Shown here in pieces: positions 51,809-58,930 of a stretch of 64,000 nucleotides of DNA (position 1 is the first letter of the stretch; the number at the start of each line of letters is the position of its first letter). This stretch comes from a virus. Location: the IMG/VR virus record IMGVR_UViG_3300050821_001858, positions 1-64,000 of that record; one strand, written 5' to 3'. The translations under genes were made by a program, and so were the position numbers. The notes below the pieces were generated by a model. It was not told the origin of the DNA, searched no databases, and saw only the letters and a list, made by a program, of their open reading frames with translations.

Positions 51809-52246
51809 ATGTGTGATTGGACATTCGAAGGTAAACCAGTAGATTTTGAATCCACAGCCGAGTATTTTGGATTTGTCTACTCGATAACAAACAGACTTAC
51901 CGGTAAGAAATACATCGGTAAGAAAAAGCTTAAATTTACAAGATCAAGAAAAGTCAAAGATTCTAAGCGTCGGGTTCGTGTTGTAAAGGAATCTGATTGG
52001 AAGGAATACTATGGCTCTTCTAAGGAACTTGCCAAAGATATTCATAAGCACGGCAAGGAATGCTTTGATCGGGAAATTCTTCGTTGGTGCAACAGCGCCG
52101 GGGAGTGTTCCTATTGGGAACTTTGGTACCAGATGACGAACCATGTCCTTCTGAATCCAGCAAATTTTTACAACAATTACGTCGGCGCTCGGATACATCG
52201 CAAGCACCTGATGAAAAAATATCTTGACGAGATTGAAGAGACGTGA
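51809..52246 (+). CDS. GIY-YIG nuclease
   Basis: GFVYSITN..TGKKYIGKK, SDWKEYYGSS, F.REIL, YN. Confidence 0.85.
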   Translation: MCDWTFEGKPVDFESTAEYFGFVYSITNRLTGKKYIGKKKLKFTRSRKVKDSKRRVRVVKESDWKEYYGSSKELAKDIHKHGKECFDREILRWCNSAGECSYWELWYQMTNHVLLNPANFYNNYVGARIHRKHLMKKYLDEIEET

Positions 52247-52415
52247 TATAAGCTTCCTATGGTTGATGAAATTCAAATTTCTACGTGGGTTAAACGTGAA
52301 AATGAAAGGAATTCTAGATAATGCCACACCCTCATAAAAATCGCCCTCGAACGGGGCGTCGTAAGATTGGTTCAAAGAAGCGTCGAAAGAAACAGCAACA
52401 GAAGAGTATGAAGAG

Positions 52416-52598
52416 ATGATCCCCGGATTGTTCTTTTTTGTCGTGATGGCAGTTATCTTCGGATGGTTTGTTCTTCAAGCCCTCCGAAGTAATATTGTGG
52501 TAATTCTAATTGCCTTTGTCGTTGTTTGTTATATGATCAAGGATAATCAGAATTTTGAACCTGTTAACTTTTATTTACGTCAGTTATATAGTCAATAA
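52416..52598 (+). CDS. Small membrane protein
   Basis: Two hydrophobic segments. Confidence 0.45.
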   Translation: MIPGLFFFVVMAVIFGWFVLQALRSNIVVILIAFVVVCYMIKDNQNFEPVNFYLRQLYSQ

Positions 52599-52779
52599 TA
52601 ATCCTTTTGGTTGTCGATTTACCATGTAAAGTATTCAAAATGTTCTTTGCTGCATAGAGGTAAAGGGTTCCTAATAGATGGAGATCATTTGTATCGTCAG
52701 TCATTTGAATCTGAGACTCAATATTGGAGTACAAGTTCTTTAGTTTCTTAAGTTTTTTGGTGTCTTCCACGGCTCCCAA
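52564..52779 (-). CDS. Hypothetical protein
   Basis: GAGG RBS, IQMTDD.NDL..L pattern. Confidence 0.5.
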   Translation of the reverse strand: MGAVEDTKKLKKLKNLYSNIESQIQMTDDTNDLHLLGTLYLYAAKNILNTLHGKSTTKRIIIDYITDVNKS

Positions 52780-52834
52780 TGTATCCTCTCCCTAAATATG
52801 AGTAACACTTCATTACTTATCTTAGGGAGAGATT

Positions 52835-53602
52835 ATGACTACATTTACCCCCAGAGTGTGCGACATTTCCCACTATGAATGGATTGATAATGACAATGGA
52901 TTTGGGAAGGCGCAAGCTGCTGGTCTATGGGGTATTATATCAAAAGCCACTCAGGGAACATCATCAAAAGATCAATATTACTTGTCACGTCGAGTAGCTG
53001 CTAAGAAAGCCGGATTGCTTTATGGTTCTTATCACTTCAATGACGGGGAAAATGTACAGAAACAGGTTGATTATTATCTAGCCTATGCTGATCCTCAACC
53101 CGATGAATTAGTATGTCTAGACTATGAGGCAAATCCTGCTTCTGATATGTCTATTAATCAAGCAGTAGAATTTCTTCATCGAATAGAAGAAAAGTTAGGT
53201 CGTAAAGCAGTTATCTATTCTGGTAACAAACTTAAGGAAACGATTAGTCGCCTTTCTGCTACTGATCAAGCTTATGTTGCTTCGCATCGTCTTTGGCTTG
53301 CTCAGTATTCGTATACAGCAACATTGCCTCATGGGTTTAAAAACTGGTGGCTTTGGCAATATACTGGCGATGGTGCTGGTCCGACCCCTCATTGGGTGAA
53401 CGGAATTACCGCTCCCGGCAACAAAGGACTTGACTTGAACATATTTTCTGGTACACTGGATGAACTGAAAGCAACATGGTCGGGACTACCCACTCAGGTA
53501 GCAAATGTACAACCAACGGTAGTGGCACCATCAATTGTTCCTTCAGTACCGGTAGCTAACGTTGTACCAACACCAACAAAGCATTGGTGGGATGTATTCT
53601 AA
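52835..53602 (+). CDS. GH25 muramidase (lysozyme)
   Basis: DISHY, KATQG, G.YHF, LDYE, LWLAQY, WQYTG, DLN; late promoter. Confidence 0.93.
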   Translation: MTTFTPRVCDISHYEWIDNDNGFGKAQAAGLWGIISKATQGTSSKDQYYLSRRVAAKKAGLLYGSYHFNDGENVQKQVDYYLAYADPQPDELVCLDYEANPASDMSINQAVEFLHRIEEKLGRKAVIYSGNKLKETISRLSATDQAYVASHRLWLAQYSYTATLPHGFKNWWLWQYTGDGAGPTPHWVNGITAPGNKGLDLNIFSGTLDELKATWSGLPTQVANVQPTVVAPSIVPSVPVANVVPTPTKHWWDVF

Positions 53603-53659
53603 GAGATCGGGGCTAAGCCCGATTGGTGGAGCGCGCTTAGGCTGAGCCTACGCCCCTAG

Positions 53660-53686
53660 ACCCCTCAGAGAAATCTGGGGGGTTTT
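53660..53686 (+). terminator. Intrinsic terminator
   Basis: CCCCTCAGA-GAAA-TCTGGGGGG-TTTT. Confidence 0.8.
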
Positions 53687-53938
53687 GACGAACAGAGGGT
53701 TGACAACATGAATGTAGCAGTGTATGATGAAGCTTACGAATGCAAGATAGCGTGTATCCCCCTTGTTAAGGTGGTACCTGATCGAATTGAAGAAGCCCAA
53801 ATGTTCATTAAGGAATTTGGTCGTTTCTGGTTCAAACGTGATGGAAAGAGGATGTACCTTACCTATGTGCCAGGGTGAAAATTTTTTTCACTGAAATACG
53901 ATTTTTGAAAAAATCGACATAAATAGGCTTAAGAGGGG

Positions 53939-54127
53939 TTGACAACGCCGTGCAGGTCGTATAGTATATGAACCCTCGAAATTAGGAGTTAACAGTTCAA
54001 ATGAATTCGGATCGTACATATAGTATTAAATCGTGGTGGCTGAATAGCCCCGTGAATTCATTCGAATTAGATATTTAACTCGACAAGGCGCTTCGGCATC
54101 TTGTCTGGTTAAAGGGACAAGATGCCG
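53939..54127 (+). promoter_or_regulatory. Sigma70 promoter + Trp-Trp leader peptide + alternative hairpins at head of tRNA island
   Basis: TTGACA-17-TAGTAT, AGGAG, ORF 54001..54078 MNSDRTYSIKSWWLNSPVNSFELDI, overlapping hairpins. Confidence 0.55.
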
Positions 54128-54367
54128 GGACCAAAAAATCCCCAAATCTTATCCCACCAGTCTCCGAAAGTTTTTTCGGGTCGGACTAAAAAAAGTCTTG
54201 ACTTTCGTAAAAAAGTTCGATAGGCTGTTGTGATGTTGGGGTGGTCCCGCTCTTTAGGCTTCGTTGCCGGGGGACGAATTGTCTAGTAGGTCGTCTAAAA
54301 CGCTCTGGTTTCTAGCAGTTCTTTATTATGTTTTTCCGAGAGCTATACGTAGCTTTTCGAAAAGCAT

Positions 54368-54443
54368 GCCTTCTAAAGCATTTCTGGTGATGCACTAGTT
54401 TCGTAAGCTAGGGAAAAGGGTCCGAATCCCTTTGGAGGCTCCA
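54368..54443 (+). tRNA. tRNA-Thr(CGT)
   Basis: Cloverleaf, loop TT-CGT-AA, CCA. Confidence 0.85.
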
Positions 54444-54445
54444 AT

Positions 54446-54540
54446 TTCCAAGGGTTATCCATTAAATCGCTCCTATGAGCCTTAGGGCACTTGACATAGG
54501 GTAGCTGTTTGTGGCAAGATAATCTCTTCGTCCCTTGGAA
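54446..54540 (+). ncRNA. Unknown rod-like structured RNA
   Basis: TTCCAAGGG/CCCTTGGAA closing stem, inner TTATC/GATAA and CCTATG/CATAGG. Confidence 0.45.
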
Positions 54541-54666
54541 TCTTTTAACGTGAGGTATGTATTATGATAGAGTTTAGTTTTGTTTCTTTATACATACTTG
54601 CCGTTGGTATATGTCTCATGTCTTTTGTTCTAGGTATTGCAGTTGGTATAAAAATAGGATGGAACA

Positions 54667-54975
54667 ATGCCCGTAAGAATGACTGATTTGTTTAATGAAG
54701 ATGGTAAGCCACGTCGGCTCATTGAAATTGAACGTGAACAGTTAAAATTCTTAGTGAAACGATGTAATGGAAACGTTGCTCAGATTGCTAAGATCATGGG
54801 TGTTACTCGTAAACAAGCTTATCGACGTTTGTTTAAGACTGGTTTATATACACCTGAGAAACATCGGGTGCATGATAAAGAAACTGGTCAATGGAAAGCA
54901 CCTGTTTTATCAGCTAAACAAGTTGGTAAGGTAAATAAGGTTACACCTAAGGTCAAAGAATATCATTGGACCTAA
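54667..54975 (+). CDS. Fis-type HTH protein
   Basis: EIEREQL...V.RCNGNVAQIAKIMGVTRKQAYRRL. Confidence 0.75.
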   Translation: MPVRMTDLFNEDGKPRRLIEIEREQLKFLVKRCNGNVAQIAKIMGVTRKQAYRRLFKTGLYTPEKHRVHDKETGQWKAPVLSAKQVGKVNKVTPKVKEYHWT

Positions 54976-54976
54976 T

Positions 54977-55051
54977 GGGGGATTAGTGCTAACGGGAACA
55001 CGACGCACTTGCAATGCGTAATCAAGGGTTCGACTCCCTTATCCTCCACCA
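54977..55051 (+). tRNA. tRNA-Ala(TGC)
   Basis: Cloverleaf with G3:U70, CCA. Confidence 0.92.
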
Positions 55052-55072
55052 TGATTTTAACATGAAGGTTAT

Positions 55073-55495
55073 ATGTTTGGTAAAAATAGTAAAAAACAAG
55101 GTGATAAAGGTTTAGGAGCAGCAATAGCGTATTTTACTGAATGTGAATATACAGTTTGTGTTCCTTTGACTGATAGTCAAGATTATGATTTACTTGTTGA
55201 TACTGGTGAATTCATAAAACGAGTTCAGGTAAGAACAACTTCATATAAAAAACGATCTTTTTATCGTGTTAATCTTCGTGTTATGGGTGGTAATTCAAAA
55301 AAGAATTATATTCATAAAACTGGTGATCAATTGATGTATGATTGGTTATTTGTTTTAATTGAAGATGGTACACAATATCTAATACCTAAAGATGAATTAG
55401 TTGCTAAAAGTTATCTTACTTTAGGTGCAGATAAAAGTAAATATAAAATACGGGAAGGTTTGATAAGGACAGAGGGTTCTGTCGATGCGCTGTAA
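55073..55495 (+). mobile_element. PD-(D/E)XK homing endonuclease-like protein (I-Ssp6803I/group-I-intron-associated type)
   Basis: K.QGD.G, Y.V..P..D...YDLLVD, RVQVRT, YLIP; inserted between tRNA genes. Confidence 0.75.
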
Positions 55496-55542
55496 ACGCA
55501 TTCCCTAAGGGCGTGGCGTTCAACTCGACCACCTTCCCACCA
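55452..55542 (+). tRNA. tRNA-Tyr(GTA), atypical
   Basis: GGGAAGG/CCTTCCC, loop CT-GTA-AA, long variable arm, CCA; extra linker before D arm. Confidence 0.7.
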
Positions 55543-55563
55543 TTTTTCGCTTGACAAAAGTTT

Positions 55564-55638
55564 GCCTCTATCGTATAGTGACTATTACACCACCTTTGTA
55601 ACGTGGATACTTCAGTTTGATTCTGAATAGGGGCTCCA
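55564..55638 (+). tRNA. tRNA-Thr(TGT)
   Basis: Cloverleaf, CCA. Confidence 0.8.
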
Positions 55639-55660
55639 CTCTAAATTAGGAGAATATATC

Positions 55661-55978
55661 ATGACATTTAGAACGAATATTGTTTTGACGAAAGATACAA
55701 AATCTGAAGATATTGAAAATCAAATGAAAAAAGACTATATTGCTCGACCTCTTAGAGAGGTCGGAGAAGAAGTTCGTCCATTAACAAATTCTAAAACTGA
55801 TGTAATTTATCAAACATTCAAATGTTCAAATTGTGGTTATATTCAAATAGTTGATGTACCAAACACATTTTTTGGTACTGGTGAATGTGAAAAATGTAAT
55901 CATGTAACAAATATGAATGTAGAGGGATGTAATTGTGTCCTTATTCGTGGACCTAAACCTCTTGTATTAACAGAATAA
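55661..55978 (+). CDS. Zn-ribbon protein
   Basis: CxxC...CxxC, AGGAG RBS. Confidence 0.6.
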   Translation: MTFRTNIVLTKDTKSEDIENQMKKDYIARPLREVGEEVRPLTNSKTDVIYQTFKCSNCGYIQIVDVPNTFFGTGECEKCNHVTNMNVEGCNCVLIRGPKPLVLTE

Positions 55979-56019
55979 TGACTGGACGTGGCGGTCCTAA
56001 AAACGCTACGATATATAAT

Positions 56020-56094
56020 GCCCATGTAGCTCAGTGATAGAGCGTCCGCCTGAAGAGCGGAGCGTCGGTGGTTTGATTCCATCCTAGGGCACCA
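56020..56094 (+). tRNA. tRNA-Phe(GAA)
   Basis: Cloverleaf, CCA. Confidence 0.88.
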
Positions 56095-56098
56095 ATAT

Positions 56099-56182
56099 GC
56101 GGGTATGATGTAATGGTAGCCTTGTCGGTTTCAAAAACCGATGTCGAAAGACGTGGGGGTTCGAGTCCCTCTACCCGTACCA
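56099..56182 (+). tRNA. tRNA-Leu(CAA)
   Basis: Cloverleaf with long variable arm, CCA. Confidence 0.9.
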
Positions 56183-56187
56183 TTTAT

Positions 56188-56237
56188 GCGGTTCTCTAAG
56201 TACGAGATTGAATTAGGGTGATCCCTTTGCCGCGCCA
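56188..56237 (+). ncRNA. Miniature tRNA-like element / tRNA remnant
   Basis: GCGGT/GCCGC + GCCA end, two small hairpins, 50 nt. Confidence 0.4.
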
Positions 56238-56779
56238 GTTTATGGGAAGTACTTTCTTCGTGTGGTCGATCCATCACGCAATGTATCAACCTATTTCGCA
56301 TGTCATCATATCCTTGATTGACTTTGTGACACGCTTCCCATACCTTTTAGGAGAGAGTGATGTTACCAGATGGTTTAATGAATATAGATACTTCAGAGTA
56401 TAATGGTAATATTGTCATAGAAATGATGATGAGTTTTTATTGGGGAGAAAATTTTCGAAATACACATACTAATTTAAATCGAATTGGTTGGACAGAAATT
56501 CCGCTGAATATAATGTTTCCTCAAACATATAATGTTCGGGATTATCGACATTACGTTAATCGGTTTTTTTATAAGGATGTGTGATGTTTAGTAATGAAGA
56601 TAGAGACTATAAAAATCCTCAGATGTTGACTTCTACTCCACATACAGTTGGAGCGAAATGTTTAGAAATTGATGTGATGAAGTCGTATAATATAAGTTTT
56701 CCTCCTATACAAAATATATGGGGAGGATTTTATCAAACTGTGTCTGTGATAAGATATCTTCGTCAGTTTTTTGATGAAT

Positions 56780-56853
56780 AGGTGTGAGCCGGTGGCGGTG
56801 CAGGAAACTCCAAATCTCCATTGCCGAGGGTTCGACTCCCTACACACCTGCCA
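56780..56853 (+). tRNA. tRNA-Trp(CCA)
   Basis: AGGTGTG/CACACCT, loop CT-CCA-AA, atypical D arm. Confidence 0.8.
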
Positions 56854-56859
56854 GTTTAT

Positions 56860-56935
56860 TCCCCCGTAGCTCAGTTGGTAGAGCGAAATGCTGTTAACAT
56901 TAGGGTCGGACGTTCGAGTCGTTCCGGGGGAGCCA
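56860..56935 (+). tRNA. tRNA-Asn(GTT)
   Basis: Canonical cloverleaf. Confidence 0.93.
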
Positions 56936-57157
56936 TTTTTATAGGACATTTTATGGAGTATATACCTTATGTGGTTAGAATTATGATCAAACAATTTTGG
57001 CATGATCGATGGAAATTGCTCACTAAAGAATATGATTGGGACTACGAATATCTCTTTGGAGAGGGATTAGATTTTCCGGCAATGCCATGGGATCAATTTG
57101 GTCAAGTTCATAATGTAATGATGAAAACAATTTCAGATAGTATATTTTCTTAGTTAT

Positions 57158-57232
57158 GGGACCTTCCTCTATCGGCTAGGAGAATCGCCTTTCAAGCGAT
57201 CAAGACGGGTTCGATTCCCGTAGGTCCTACCA
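57158..57232 (+). tRNA. tRNA-Glu(TTC)
   Basis: Cloverleaf, CCA. Confidence 0.9.
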
Positions 57233-57303
57233 AAACATATGCAGTTCGCGGGAACCTGCATTCATTGGCGTCGCCGTGAAAAAATAAAATCCCGCTGAGT
57301 TAA

Positions 57304-57378
57304 GCCTCTTTAGTACTAGTGATAGAACAATCCCTTGGTACGGGATAAGCCTGAGTTTGATTCTCAGAAGAGGCACCA
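57304..57378 (+). tRNA. tRNA-Thr(GGT)
   Basis: Cloverleaf, CCA. Confidence 0.85.
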
Positions 57379-57385
57379 GATTTAT

Positions 57386-57463
57386 GCAGCATTGACGGGA
57401 ATTGGTATACCTACTCCGCTTAAAACGGATTGTTTCTCGGTTCGAGTCCGAGATGCTGCACCA
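57386..57463 (+). tRNA. tRNA-Leu(TAA), short variable arm
   Basis: Cloverleaf, CCA. Confidence 0.85.
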
Positions 57464-57469
57464 ATTAAT

Positions 57470-57554
57470 GCGAGAGTGATGGAACTGGTAGACTTGCCGG
57501 TCTAAGAAGCCGGTGCCTTCGGGCGTGGGAGTTCGAGTCTCCCTTTTCGCACCA
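57470..57554 (+). tRNA. tRNA-Leu(AAG), copy 1
   Basis: Loop CT-AAG-AA, long variable arm, CCA. Confidence 0.88.
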
Positions 57555-57584
57555 AACTTAACCTCAAACAGTGGAGTATATATT

Positions 57585-57797
57585 ATGACTACGAAGAACG
57601 TTAAAGGAATTAAGTTTCATTTGTTCGGTTGTCATGATTTTGATAGACTCGAAGGCGCGGAATATATTGGTGAATTTTCAACTTTAAATGCAGCAAAGAA
57701 ATATGCTGAAGAGGAAATGATTGGAACTGATTATATCTATTTCTTTGTTGTAGAAGTCAAAGCCCAAGGTCCATATGGTGGAGTTGCTTGGAAATAA
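57585..57797 (+). CDS. Hypothetical protein between the duplicated tRNA-Leu(AAG) genes
   Basis: GGAG RBS, MTTKNVKG... Confidence 0.6.
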   Translation: MTTKNVKGIKFHLFGCHDFDRLEGAEYIGEFSTLNAAKKYAEEEMIGTDYIYFFVVEVKAQGPYGGVAWK

Positions 57798-57802
57798 GTT
57801 AA

Positions 57803-57887
57803 GCGAGAGTGATGGAACTGGTAGACTTGCCGGTCTAAGAAGCCGGTGCCTTCGGGCGTGGGAGTTCGAGTCTCCCCTTTCGCACCA
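57803..57887 (+). tRNA. tRNA-Leu(AAG), copy 2
   Basis: 84/85 identical to copy 1. Confidence 0.88.
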
Positions 57888-57899
57888 ATTTAGGATAAT

Positions 57900-57976
57900 G
57901 CGCTAATAGCCCAACGGCAGGAGGCAACGGTCTTAGAAGCCGTACAGTGTCAGTTCGAATCTGACTTGGCGCACCA
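57900..57976 (+). tRNA. tRNA-Leu(TAG), short variable arm
   Basis: Cloverleaf, CCA. Confidence 0.88.
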
Positions 57977-58064
57977 TTTTATGATTGGAAAAAATATTGG
58001 AAAGTATTATTTATGGAACAAATATGACTTTCAAACGTTATCTCCTATAGAAGGGAGGTAACTT

Positions 58065-58286
58065 ATGATAGCAATGGCAATTTCTATCTTATGGTTGCTG
58101 ATTGGTTTGATTGTTATATTAGGTGTAGTATGGCTTGCACTTTATGTTGTTAAGCTATTTACTCCTGTGCCAGATGCAGTTGAAAAAGCTGTTTGGGCAA
58201 TTGTTTTGATATTATGTTTGATTTCAGCCCTAGGCTTACTAGGGGGTGGATCAGTAGGAATACCACATCCACCTTGGATGCATTAA
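58065..58286 (+). CDS. Small two-TM membrane protein
   Basis: GGAGG RBS, hydrophobic, terminator downstream. Confidence 0.65.
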   Translation: MIAMAISILWLLIGLIVILGVVWLALYVVKLFTPVPDAVEKAVWAIVLILCLISALGLLGGGSVGIPHPPWMH

Positions 58287-58457
58287 CTAGGGGGCTTCTT
58301 TGCCCCCTTCCTTTTATTTAAATAAAACGAAGAAATGGGTTCGATTCCCATACTTTTATAGGTCGCGGAAAGCCCGTTCGAAAGGGTAGACACAGACACC
58401 GAAAGTAGAGAGTAATTAACTCGAAATCACTATTAAAGTGAGCCATATGGATACGGC

Positions 58458-58558
58458 ATTCGTTGCTATAAGAGCGGAAACGGAGATTGTTCGAATCCTC
58501 CCTGCGCCGACAGGCGTTGTAGTTTAATGGGCAAAACACCGCTCGCCTATAGCAGAAT
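58458..58558 (+). ncRNA. Circularly permuted tRNA-like RNA (Y RNA/YrlA-like topology)
   Basis: T arm precedes D arm; acceptor stem capped by GACA; ends pair as a long stem. Confidence 0.7.
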
Positions 58559-58563
58559 TTTAT

Positions 58564-58639
58564 GGGTCATTCGCCAAGTGGAAAGGCACGGGTTTTACAC
58601 GCCCTGATTGCGAAGGTTCGATTCCTTCATGACCTACCA
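58564..58639 (+). tRNA. tRNA-Val(TAC)
   Basis: Cloverleaf, CCA. Confidence 0.85.
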
Positions 58640-58831
58640 GATGTCTCGGGAGTGAGAGGGCGACAGTCGAAAATTTTTTGAAAAAATTCTTGACTGTCCC
58701 TTCGACTTGCTGTAGAGTACTGAAACTGAGAACAGAGTTGAGAGAAATCGAAACACAACATAGGAGGCAATCATGTGACCGCAAGGTCATAAACAGCCAA
58801 CAACTTTAATTGTTTTTGTGTGTAAAAGTGT

Positions 58832-58930
58832 GTAGAGAGTTTAAAGGTTAGGGAGAAATCACGGTTCGAGTCCGTGCGTTGTGGGGAAACCTGCTTTGTC
58901 GTCTAATGGTTAGGACGCTCCCGTTTCTAT
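58832..58930 (+). ncRNA. Second circularly permuted tRNA-like RNA
   Basis: GGGAG-T arm-GAAA-capped stem-D arm-CTCCC. Confidence 0.7.

Noticed and set aside
53605-53660. Twin small hairpins after the GH25 gene as an ncRNA
   Set aside because: Short, directly before a terminator; most simply 3'-UTR structure.
57238-57297. preQ1 riboswitch
   Set aside because: The A-rich tail is suggestive, but the loop consensus and extra hairpin do not fit and no gene follows.
55900-58790. Minus-strand ORFs over tRNAs and extended starts (56821, 57513)
   Set aside because: They are shadows of tRNA genes; real starts lie downstream of the tRNAs with RBSs.
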